Below are positions 1 to 11,013 of a DNA stretch of 64,000 nucleotides, piece by piece. Position numbers and translations under genes: made by a program. The number at the start of each line of letters is the position of its first letter. Within the stretch, counting starts at the first letter, position 1. Origin of the DNA: Macrostomum lignano (taxonomy: Eukaryota); assembly GCA_002269645.1 (NCBI GenBank), contig NIVC01003518.1, positions 1 through 64,000 of the forward strand. The letters run 5' to 3'. The notes under the pieces are model-generated. The model saw only the letters and a program-made list of their open reading frames with translations. It did not search any database and had not been told where the DNA came from.

Positions 1-2212
1 GGCAGGCGCTGCTGGTCTGCTCTCAAAATCCACTCAACCCTGTAAGATATCGAAAATGACCTGCAAATAATCGAAATTTCTAAAATAAAGCCAAATATAG
101 TACAAATATTTTATCCCGTAGGTACTTAAAACATGAAATCTTCACAGAAAAATTTTCATTGTAGAAGTCAGCAGTTATCCTCGCGCGCGGGAAATGAATT
201 GCTTCTTTTCGTAAGCATTTATATAGTAGCTATAAATAGTTCCGCCCCCCCAAGTCTCGATTCAGTGCATCAGTCGTTAAGAAGTGTTTTTATACTAGTG
301 ATTGTTTTTAAAAAGAAATTCATTACATATTTGCAATTAAAATGATTAAAATCCGGAGGCGCCATTCTAATTAATTAATTACAGAGCACCAGGCGCTAAT
401 GCAGCCCCTTAAGAGTTGATGAATTCAGTTGGTCTACAGTAGATTTCTTGCAAACAAACCTTTGAAAGCTGCTTCTACGGTAGGTTAAGCTAAATTTATA
501 ATCCATACAAGGACGCTGCACAGGTAAATGTGCCAACCTTCTAATTTAGCTATCCATGACCGTGGCGTATCATGATAAAACTTATTAAATCGAAAACAAA
601 ATCTTATTCAACTATATTTATCACATTAACATGGTTTCTTTCATTATTTATAGAAACTATGGAAACATATCGCAGTATATTTGGCACATGAAGTGCTTTA
701 GTTAAAATTTCCCTTAAAATCTTGAAGTTAAAGTTTGAAGAAAATCGGTTCAGCCGTTTTTGCTAAAATCGATCACATACCTAGATAGATACCTACCTAC
801 CGACAGACCATTTTTAGTATATAGGATTTCCCTTAAAATCAATTAATACGAGTAAAATGTACTTAACGGTGAATAAAATACACAGTTTATCAACAAAACC
901 CACCGTATTAGGTGTTAACTATTAAACAAAGGGTTACAGCGCGTGTACGTTTTTAGTTCGACAGAGCAAAATATAGTAACATTTTTCATATCGTATTTTA
1001 AGAATCTTTGTTAGCAGTAGTGAGTAGCGAAAAGCAAAGCATCTTTTTAAGCAAAGAGGCAAATTTTTAAATTAGAAAAAATTGTTTGATTATGTTTATT
1101 ACATAGTTGGGTGCTTCTATAATTACTCTAAGGGCCCTAAAGTCGTATTCGAGGCGTGCTAGAAGAGTCTAAGAAAGAAAGACCATCTGTAAGAGTTTAA
1201 GTTAGAGCTGTAATATTTAGCAATTATAAAAACTCTATTTAGTCTACTTTAGTCAGTAGAAAGTTAAGCGCTAACACAACGACTTTTGGACGACTTTTTT
1301 TGTGATTCTTACCAGTGAGCTGCTCAATTTCATACTCAACTGACAATGTTAATGTTATCTCTAAACTGTACTAGCCATCTACAATAAAAAATTGCTAATT
1401 TTTTGGAGGAGGGTGGATATATTCAGTCTTCTCATTGGTTCAAAAACTACTCATTAAAAATCTAAGTTTAAAATTCGGTCTTAATATTTTGCATTCACTC
1501 TACTGTTTTTGTATTCAAATTCTTAGTCATATTATGTATTTTTCAGATCCTTTTGTACACCATTTATTGTGAATGTGTTTTTCAATTTAATTTGACCTAA
1601 TTCTAACTCATTAATTTCAATTGGTAATGGTAGTCACTTATTGAAAAAATGTTCCATTTTTTGGGGCGAGTGTCGCGACTTTCCTAGTCATTTCTTTAGT
1701 TCACCTTCACTTGTCTCTGTTTACTCTGTTTTCGCTCTCTCTGTCTGCTCAATCTTGTTATTCTTATCTCTCTCTCCCTTGCTGCCTTCTGATTGGCTCC
1801 CCATTCTCGCCTTTATCTTCAGTCGCGCACTTCACCCCTCTCCTTATTATCTGGAGTCAACCCCCCTCTAAATTAGTCATATAAATACACTTGTTTGGGC
1901 CCTGCGCCCACTTACTGGCTGGCTTATCTTAGATTCAATTTAACTCTAATTTAGTGCTAGCTTTTTTAGTCTTAGTCATTTTCTCTACAGCAATGTCTCT
2001 TTAGCGGGCACCTAGGAACCTAGGAGTTGGGCAACCCCATTCTCCCACGGAACTGCTGATAGTTGCAGGTTTATTAGCAAAACTGATTTCACTTACGGTG
2101 AGAGCACAAAAACCGGGAAGGTGTTTTATAAAAAATCTAAATTCCAAACAGAAACTACACGATGTAATTAAAAAAACACTAACAGCTGGTGTCAAATCAA
2201 TCAATCAATCAA

Positions 2213-2650
2213 TCAACAGGGATTAAGCTCAAATTCGCGCAATATTTTCAAGCCTTCCAAACAGCCGAAACGTTTCAGCGTTTCGGCCAGCTGCGACACT
2301 GTGAGGCCCCGATCTCGAATCAAGTTTAGCAGGCCTTGGTGCAACAAGTCGGCAGGATTTGTGTACTGGCGCTGCAGCAACTCCAAGTTGACAGCTGAGA
2401 TGCCCAGATTCTCCAAAACCGGCCGATATTTGCTGCTCAAATCTTGAGAATTGCACAAACGTCGGGCCAGACCGGTTGTTGCAACAATTTCAGCATAGGA
2501 ACGTTGCAACAATTCCACAATGTCACTCTGGTGCCCCGCTGTCACATGCTGGGACACTCTGACGGAACCGCTGCCACCGGTGGGGCGGTAAAATGACACC
2601 ATTTCACCTCCAACAGTTCCAATGCTCACGGTGAAGGCTCCACTTCTTCG
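2213..2650 (-). CDS. Gene B terminal exon: linker + death domain
   Basis: Acceptor cctcAG at 2651-2652, phase 0. Helical domain DIVELLQRSY..LARRLC..LRDRGLTVSQLAETLKRFGCLEGLKILREF aligns with the ORF at 40803-41129; the C-terminal pattern is typical of death-fold domains. Confidence 0.75.
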   Translation of the reverse strand, partial: RRSGAFTVSIGTVGGEMVSFYRPTGGSGSVRVSQHVTAGHQSDIVELLQRSYAEIVATTGLARRLCNSQDLSSKYRPVLENLGISAVNLELLQRQYTNPADLLHQGLLNLIRDRGLTVSQLAETLKRFGCLEGLKILREFELNPC

Positions 2651-5600
2651 CTGAGGGGTGTGTGTGTGTGTGTGTGTGTGCGGTCAGTGACAATTTGACC
2701 ATCAGTGCCAATTCGACTATTAGCGACAATTAGACTGTCAGTGACAAAGTGAATACCAGTAAGAAATTGACTATCAATGACAATTAGACTCTGTCAGTGA
2801 CAATTAGACTCTGTTAGTGACAATTTGGCTGACAGGGACAATTTGACCATCAGTGCCAATTCGACTATTAGCGACAATTAGACTGTCAGTGACATAGTGA
2901 ATACCAGTAAGAAATTGAATATCAGTGACAATTAGACACTGTCAGTGACAATTTGACTAACAGTGACAATTTGACTATCAGTGACAATAGGATTGTCAGT
3001 GACAATTTAACTGACAGGGACAATTTGACTATTAGGGACAAATTAAATATCAGTGACAAATTTAATATCAGTGACAATTAGACACTGTCAGTGACAATTT
3101 GACTATCAGCGACAATTAGATTGTCAGTGACAATTTAACTGACAGGGACAATTTGACTATCAGTGACAAATTGAATATCAGTGACAGTTTGACTATCAGT
3201 GACAATTAGACTTTGTCAGTGTCAATTTGACAATTAGTGACAATTTGACTATCAGTGACAATTTGACCATCAGTGACAATTTGACCATCAGTGACAATTT
3301 GACTATCAGTGACAATTTGAATCAGTGACAATATAACAGTAAAAGCTTACCGATGATTGGCTGGATGAAACAGACTGGTCAACATTACCAGAGAGCTTTT
3401 CAGCCTCAGACACAGGTCGACCCTCAAACTGCATGGAAACAAGAAAGCATCGCAAGAATCATAGTATATCTTTGCACAAAAATGATTCATAATTCAGCAA
3501 CTTACGTCTGGTTGATTAGACTGATCCATCGCATTGTCCAGCTGAAATTTAAACATTTGTAGGACTGGACGTGTTTAAGCTTTCGATGTATATCAGCTTT
3601 AGTAAATAGACTTTGTAATAATTTTATGGATATTTAACACCTGTAGGATTGGGTGGGATTTTAACACCTGTGGGGATCGGATGGGATTTTAACACCTATG
3701 GGGATCGGATGGAATTTTAAAACCTGTGAAATCGGATGGGATTTTAACACCCTGTGGGGATCGGATGGGATTTTAACACATGTGAAATCGGATGGGATTT
3801 TAACACCTGTGGCCTGTGGGGATTGGATGGGATTTTAACACCTGCGGGGATCGGATGGGATTTTAACACCTGTGGGGATCGGATGGGATTTCTGATACCA
3901 TCACTGAGCCAACAACCCAAACAAACCTCCAGAACACTGAGCTCCTCTTCAACCGGACCAAGTGACACAGTCCTCGCTCGGACCTCAGCCGACGGAATGG
4001 TGTCAGCCGGTGGCAGCTCGCCCAGCTCATTCAGCACTCGGTTTCTCTCCGCTCCATCTGGGTCAGGCTGCACCTTCTCCACAGGGCGCTGATTTCGCTG
4101 AAAGTTGCCCGTTGCTCCGGCACCTGACAGGCCATTTTCTCCACAACAAGCTTAGTAATTTTTTGCAACTGTTCAAGATCTGCATCCCAGTTTCTCACAG
4201 GAATCTTATTAAAGAAACTATCGTCAACTAAGAGTTGAAAATCTCGAATGTGCTGTCCGATGCGTACTCTGCCTTTGAATGCTTCGATACGGTCCCCAAT
4301 GACCTGACGAACGGACAGCTGACCGAATGCTTCGACTACGAACACAGCGTAGAGATACCTGTCGCCGAATATGTCCGGCTGTCTCAGTGGATCGTCGTAA
4401 GTTTCTGGCAAGCGACGTTCGACTCCACGCAGTCGCTCAAATGCTAACGTGTTCTGCGTGGCGATTGACTCCACTGTGCGTTTGGACAGGCCGAAATCCG
4501 CGATCTGGCGTGGTTGGGAGAGCGGCGCCTGTCTGTGCTGTCATTAGCATCTGACATTCTAGTCTGTGCTGTCGTTAGCATCTGACATTCTGGTCTGTGC
4601 TGTCGTTAGCATCTGACATTCTAGTCTGTGCTGTCGTTAGCATCTGACATTCTGGTCTGTGCTGTCGTTAGCATCTGACATTCTAGTCTGTGCTGTCATT
4701 AGCATCTGACATTCTAGTCTGTGCTGTCGTTAGCATCTGACATTCTAGTCTGTGCTGTCATTAGCATCTGACATTCTAGTCTCTGATGTCATTAGCATCT
4801 GACATTCTAGTCTCTGATGTCATTAGCATCTGACATTCTAGTCTGTGCTGTCGTTAGCATCTGACATTCTGGTCTGTGCTGTCGTTAGCATCTGACATTC
4901 TAGTCTGTGCTGTCATTAGCATCTGACATTCTAGTCTGTGCTGTCGTTAGCATCTGACATTCTAGTCTGTACTGTCATTAGCATCTGACATTCTAGTCTG
5001 TGCTGTCGTTAGCATCTGACATTCTAGTCTGTGCTGTCATTAACATCTGACATTCTAGTCTCTGATGTCATTAGCATCTGACATTCCAGTCTGTGCTGTC
5101 ATTAACATCTGACATTCTAGTCTCTGATGTCATTAGCATCTGACATTCTAGTCTGTGCTGTCATTAACATCTGACATTCTAGTCTCTGATGTCATTAGCA
5201 TCTGACATTCCAGTCTGTGCTGTCATTAACATCTGACATTCTAGTCTCTGATGTCATTAGCATCTGACATTCTAGTCTGTGCTGTCATTAACATCTGACA
5301 TTCTAGTCTCTGATGTCATTAGCATCTGACATTCTAGTAGTCTGTGCTGTCATTAGCATCTGACATTCTAGTCTGTGCTGTCGTTAGCATTTGACATTCT
5401 AGTCTGTGCTGTCATTAACATCTGACATTCTAGTCTGTGCTGTCATTAGCATCTGACATTCTAGTCTGTGCTGTCATTAGCATCTGACATTCTAGTCTGT
5501 GCTGTCATTAGCATTTGACATTCTAGTCTCTGCTGTCATTAGCATCTGACATTCTAGTCTGTGCTGTCATTAGCATCTGACATTCTAGTCTGTGCTGTCA

Positions 5601-6005
5601 TTAGCATTTGACATTCTAGTCTGTGCTGTCATTAGCATCTGACATTCTAGTCTGTGCTGTCATTAGCATCTGACATTCTAGTCTGTGCTGTCATTAGCAT
5701 CTGACTCATAAACAAATAACGCTACTATTAGTAGGCAAAAACTAAATAAATAAAAAACTAAGTATTAAGTCAAGTTTCAACCAGACCTTGGCATTCAGCT
5801 GGTCATCAATCAGGACGTTGTCAACGGCCAAGTCTCGATGAAGAATTCCGCCACCGTCCCCGTTCTGCAGGAATTCGAACCCGTCAGACACCTGCAGCAT
5901 CCAAGATGTCACAAGCCAGGGGTGGCGGGTCCTGCCGCCGCCCATCTGCTGCTGGTGTTAGGAGAGTTTGGGTGGTACATGCACTCAATGTGATAGTCGA
6001 TAGCC

Positions 6006-6066
<61 letters not shown>

Positions 6067-6067
6067 T

Positions 6068-6134
<67 letters not shown>

Positions 6135-9100
6135 CTAAGACACTAAGACAGACAGACACTAAGACAGACAGACACTAAGACAGAGAGGCATAAAGACAGG
6201 CAGACACTAAGACAGACAGACACTAAGACAGAGAGGCATAAAGACAGGCAGACACTAAGACAGACAGACACTAAGACAGACAGGCTCTAAGACAGACAGA
6301 CACTAAGACAGACAGACACTAAGACAGACAGACACTAAGACAGACAGACACTAAGACAGACAGACACTAAGACAGACAGGCTCTAAGACAGACAGACACT
6401 AAGACAGACAGACACTAAGACAGACAGACACTAAGACAGACAGACACTAAGACAGACAGACACTACATGTATGACAGACAGACAGACAGACAGACACTAA
6501 GACAGACAGACACTAAGACAGACAGACAGACAGACACTAAGACAGGCAGACACTAAGACAGACAGACACTAAGACAGACAGACACTAAGACAGACAGACA
6601 CTAAGACAGACAGACACTAAGACAGACAGACACTAAGACAGACAGACACTAAGATAGACAGACACTAAGACAGACAGACACTAAGACAGACAGACACTAA
6701 GACAGACAGACACTAAGACAGACAGACACTAAGACAGACAGACACTAAGACAGACAGACACTAAGACAGACAGACACTAAGACAGACAGACACTATATTC
6801 TCAATCAAAAGCAACGCAGACAGTTTCAAGCACATACCATGGTGGACAGCCGCTTGGAGAACACCCTCAGACTGCCGTGCTTGCAGTACTCCATGGCGTA
6901 CCCGACCAGTTTTAACACTTCGTGACAGTAGATGTACAGAATTTTAATGAAAGCGCCGCGCTTCTTGCCCAGGTCGTGCATGTACTTGATCTCGTGCACC
7001 AGGTGCTTCACTACCCTGAATTTGAATAAACGGTAAGTACATGCGATACATGTGTAGAAATCAGTACTGAATTAGTCTTCAGTTCTAGAAATTAACTATT
7101 CTCAAAACTTTTCTCCCTGCTGTCTTCATTACTTTACGTGAGAACCTGTCTCTCTGCTCTTCCCCATTCCTTGAGAATCTGTCTCTCTGCTCTTCCCCAT
7201 TCCTTGAGAACCTGCCTCTCTGCTCTTCCCCATTCCTTGAGAATCTGTCTCTCTGTTCTTCCCCAGTCCTTGAGAATCTGTCTCTCTGCTCTTCCCCAGT
7301 CCTTGAGAATCTGTCTCTCTGCTCTTCTCCATTCCTTGAGAATCTGTCTCTCTGCTCTTCCCCAGTCCTTGAGAATCTGCCTCTCTGCTCTTCCCCAGTC
7401 CTTGAGAATCTGCCTCTCTGCTCTTCCCCAGTCCTTGAGAATCTGTCTCTCTGCTCTTCCCCATTCCTTGAGAATCTGTCTCTCTGTTCTTCCCCAGTCC
7501 TTGAGAATCTGTCTCTCTGCTCTTCCCCAGTCCTTGAGAATCTGTCTCTCTGCTCTTCCCCATTCCTTGAGAATCTGTCTCTCTGCTCTTCCCCAGTCCT
7601 TGAGAATCTGTCTCTCTGCTCTTCCCCAGTCCTTGAGAATCTGTCTCTCTGCTCTTCCCCATTCCTTGAGAATCTGTCTCTCTGCTCTTCCCCAGTCCTT
7701 GAGAATCTGTCTCTCTGCTCTTCCCCATTCCTTGAGAATCTGTCTCTCTGCTCTTCCCCACTCCTTGAGAATCTGTCTCTCTGCTCTTCCCCATTCCTTG
7801 AGAATCTGTCTCTCTGTTCTTCCCCAGTCCTTGAGAATCTGTCTCTCTGCTCTTCCCCACTCCTTGAGAATCTGTCTCTCTGCTCTTCCCCACTCCTTGA
7901 GAATTTGTCTCTCTGCTCTTCCCCATTCCTTGAGAATCTGTCTCTCTGCTCTTCCCCACTCCTTGAGAATCTGTCTCTCTGCTCTTCCCCACTCCTTGAG
8001 AATCTGTCTCTCTGCTCTTCCCCATTCCTTGAGAATCTGTCTCTCTGCTCTTCCCCAGTCCTTGAGAATCTGTCTCTCTGCTCTTCCCCAGTCCTTGAGA
8101 ATCTGTCTCTCTGCTCTTCCCCAGTCCTTGAGAATCTGTCTCTCTGCTCTTCCCCATTCCTTGAGAATCTGTCTCTCTGCTCTTCTCCATTCCTTGAGAA
8201 TCTGTCTCTCTGCTCTTCCCCATTCCTTGAGAACATGTCTCTCTGCTCTTTCCCTAGAATGCAATGCCTACATTTCAAGCTGAACTCCATAAACTAGTCG
8301 GCCTTATCAATTTACCAGTCCTTCTTGCTCATATCCTGCTGTTCATCCAGTTTAAATATTTTCAGAGCCATAGGCGCGTCATTTGGCGCGCTTTTCAAGT
8401 TGCACCGATGACAAACAGCAAAAGAGCCTTTGCCTGAAAAATGAATACGGGGCATAGAAAACACCCGGTAACCGAAATATGATTTAATAAATGAATATGA
8501 TTAATACTGGAGCTCGATAATAACAACTTACCAATTAAACTTTCTTCGGGAAATTCTACTTCAGTGTTCCACAAAACTTCTGGCGCTTTCAAATCTGGAG
8601 CAATCTGTAAAACAACATCATGGTTAATTTAGAAGAAGAGTACACCATGACTCGACAATTGATCAGCCAAAAAATGAACTCACAGATTCATTGAGCTCTT
8701 GTCGAACAAGCCTCAAAACTTCCTGACGCGCCCTCTCCATCTTGTCAGGGCTGCAGGCGCGCCAAATGTCTTTAACTTCACTAAATGAAGCCCTCTGTTC
8801 CGGGATGTGATGCGACATTATCTGTACCACTTGCAAGATTGCCTGTTTGAGCCTGTTTAGGTCTCCATCAGACGAGGCCACTCCAACGAAACAATTAGAA
8901 TTTAATAATTGTTGAAAATAATCCACATGTTTGCCCGACCGCAATAGGTCAGTAAACTGTTGGACATTGTCACTTATCTGCTCACGGATTGACAGCTCAG
9001 TGAAGGCTTCTACAACCAGCAGTCCGTACAGATACCTGTCGCTAAACTGGTCAGGCTGTCGGATCGGATCTGAGACAGTCTCCGGCAGCTGCTTATCAAT

Positions 9101-11013
9101 GCCTCGCTTTTGCTCAAAGTCCAAAGTTTGTGGCGATAAATTTGCTTCCGTGAGTTTCTTTGAGAGGCCGAAATCCGCGATCTGGGATTAGTCAGATAAA
9201 TCAGTTCTGCTATAAATTACAGATTACATGTGTTTTACATTACTGAAGGATACATGGATGCAGATCAAACCAACTCAGTGACACACATGCGGATGCAGAT
9301 CAAACCAACTCAGTGACACACATGCGGATGCAGATCAAACCAACTCAGTGACACACATGCGGATGCAGATCAAACCAACTCAGTGACACATGCAGATGCA
9401 GATCAAACCAACTCAGTGACACATGCAGATGCAGATCAAACCAACTCAGTGACACACATGCAGATGCAGATCGAACCAACTCAGTGACACACATGCAGAT
9501 GCAGATCAAACCAACTCATTCAATCCGGACACACAGGAATGCAGACAACGCACAATAACGTGTGAGTATGTTAATAGGTGTTAAGATGGATTATAAGCGA
9601 AAAAGTGTCAAAGCGAACACACCTTGATATCGAGCTGGTCATTGATTAGCACACTATCCACAGACAGATCTCTATGTATAATCGCTCCTTTTGGTCGAGT
9701 TTGCAAATAGTGGAAAGCATCTGCAATCTGGAGCATCCAGCTGGTTTTCAACCACGGATGATACAGACTATCTAGATTGCTCTGGAAATAAATGAAAAGA
9801 ATGAATTATTGAAATCAATCAGCATTCAGCAATGAATAGAAAAATACTTCTATTTCAACTTATAGTTACCAATTTTGACAGATGCAAACTAAAGGACCGA
9901 ATACTGCCCAGCCGACAGTATTCCATAGTAAAGCCGGAAAGTTTAGTATCCCGACTGTACAAATGGTAAACGCTAATAAACTGTTCGCGTTCCTGACGCA
10001 GATCGTTTAGCAGCGCGATCTCTTTTACTAAGTGGTTGACCAGCCTGGAGAAGAGAAATAAAAATGTTGACAACAATAATTTATATTGGAAGCTAAACTT
10101 TCCAATGGAAGACATTTTATGCAGGTCTTAACGAGGATATGTATTTTCTTTAGTTTTTTTTGTCAAAAGGGTTATGTTATTTGTAAGATCAAAATACAGG
10201 GAGTGTCATAGGCCCCAAGGGCTGGATTCCAAGTGCAGTCGCATTAATTTCGGTGCACCTTTATTTAACGATAAATAAAGTCAGGACCGCTATACACTCG
10301 TGCGTGTGCCTGTGTGTATGACTGCGTACGTATCGGGGAGTCGATGGAATGGGCAGTAACCCAGTAATGCCTTTTGACGGTTGTGTGACAATGTCGCTTA
10401 AAGTGCGCCATGATATAGCAAAAATAATTGCTATATCATACCCCAAGTTCCGTTTTCATTAACTATTTGTTTAGATAATTTTTAAAGAGAAATATTGAAG
10501 CAAACAAATATTAAAAACTTTCAGAAACAACTAAATAAAACTCACCACTGCGTTCGACTGGCGTCGTTAAATTCGAATAACTTGACGGCTAACGTTTTCA
10601 TTGTAGGATCATTTTTGAGCCAGCATCGATGCACGCTTGCAATGCTGCCTTTGCCTAACAGATAGGATTAAAACAGATAAAAAATAGTTTGTTTTAATTA
10701 GCAACGTGGATTAGCAATCTATTATTTTATGCAGGTACACAACTGATATTTCGGTCTTTAATAGTGCTGATTGCAGTGAAAATTTCTAGGGAACAATTAT
10801 AGAATAAATAGATGACTATATAAAAAATTCTTAGACCATTTGGCACTTAAATGATAGAAAAAAACCTACTGCACTTTTGTCCTAGCTTTAGAAAAAAATG
10901 ACAAAGAAGTTCATTAAAAGTTCACACAAAGTACGCATAAAAAAGTTCTTACCTATCAACGAATTGCTGGGATATATAACGTCATTTTGCGAAGTGTTCT
11001 TTAATTTTGCCAT
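2213..11013 (-). CDS. Gene B: tandem double protein kinase + C-terminal death domain (RIPK1-like order), 13 exons, ~888 aa if one 1-bp frameshift is corrected
   Basis: Phase-consistent GT-AG exons: 10953-11013, 10546-10654, 9870-10044, 9623-9781, 8684-9181, 8532-8604, 8316-8433, 6838-7015, 5787-5951, 3927-4504 (frameshift ~4050), 3506-3541, 3351-3428, 2213-2650. Kinase 1: LIGKGSIASV, LAVK, VKEI, HRDLSVDSVL, IADFG. Kinase 2: LIGKGSFAVC, MALK, VHEI, HRDLAVDNVL, IADFG. The last exon is death-domain-like (..LTVSQLAETLKRFGCLEGLKIL). Confidence 0.85.
2683..3332. repeat. 18-bp minisatellite (GACAATTTGACTATCAGT), intronic
   Basis: Imperfect tandem copies; preceded by (GT)n at 2657-2680. Confidence 0.9.
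3640..3890. repeat. 28-bp minisatellite (AACACCTGTGGGGATCGGATGGGATTTT), intronic
   Basis: About 9 imperfect tandem copies. Confidence 0.9.
3927..8604 (-). CDS. Gene B second (C-terminal) kinase domain, canonical catalytic motifs present
   Basis: G-loop GKGSFA, beta3 Lys (MALK), alphaC Glu (HEI), HRDLAVDN, DFG, LPE (APE equivalent), GDRYLY (subdomain IX equivalent); 5 exons with the same phases as the paralogous domains. Confidence 0.85.
4530..5705. repeat. 31-bp minisatellite (TCTGTGCTGTCATTAGCATCTGACATTCTAG), intronic
   Basis: About 38 near-identical tandem copies. Confidence 0.95.
6004..6795. repeat. (ACAG)n microsatellite grading into a 16-bp unit ACTAAGACAGACAGAC, intronic
   Basis: Directly visible tandem array. 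Confidence 0.95.
7135..8250. repeat. 33-bp minisatellite (CCTTGAGAATCTGTCTCTCTGCTCTTCCCCAGT), intronic
   Basis: About 33 copies; generates the spurious 360-400 aa repeat ORFs. Confidence 0.95.
8684..11013 (-). CDS. Gene B first (N-terminal) kinase-like domain, catalytic-loop Asn replaced by Ser
   Basis: MAKLKNTSQNDVIYPSNSLIG|KGSIASVHRC..LAVK..VKEI..HRDLSVDSVL..IADFG..QLPE..SDRYLYG. The GTGAGT donor at 8683 joins in phase 0 to exon 8532-8604. Confidence 0.85.
9256..9518. repeat. 33-35-bp minisatellite (GGATGCAGATCAAACCAACTCAGTGACACACATGC), intronic
   Basis: About 8 tandem copies. Confidence 0.9.
10212..10410 (+). mobile_element. tRNA-derived SINE copy (internally deleted)
   Basis: Shares GGCTGGATTCCAAGTGCAGTCGC and GGGAGTCGATGGAATGGGCAGTAA..AAAGTGCGCCA with the copies at 13.9, 18.8 and 57.3 kb. 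Confidence 0.75.

Noticed and set aside
730-830. Short dispersed repeat ACCTACCGACAGACCATTTTTAGTA (also ~58630-58660)
   Set aside because: Real but too short to classify; possibly a Helitron-like end, unsupported.
4530-5705. Regular repeat arrays as CRISPR-like structures
   Set aside because: Head-to-tail units without unique spacers, no cas genes, eukaryotic context.
7085-8297. Five overlapping 130-400 aa repeat ORFs
   Set aside because: 33-bp minisatellite inside the intron between kinase exons 8316-8433 and 6838-7015.
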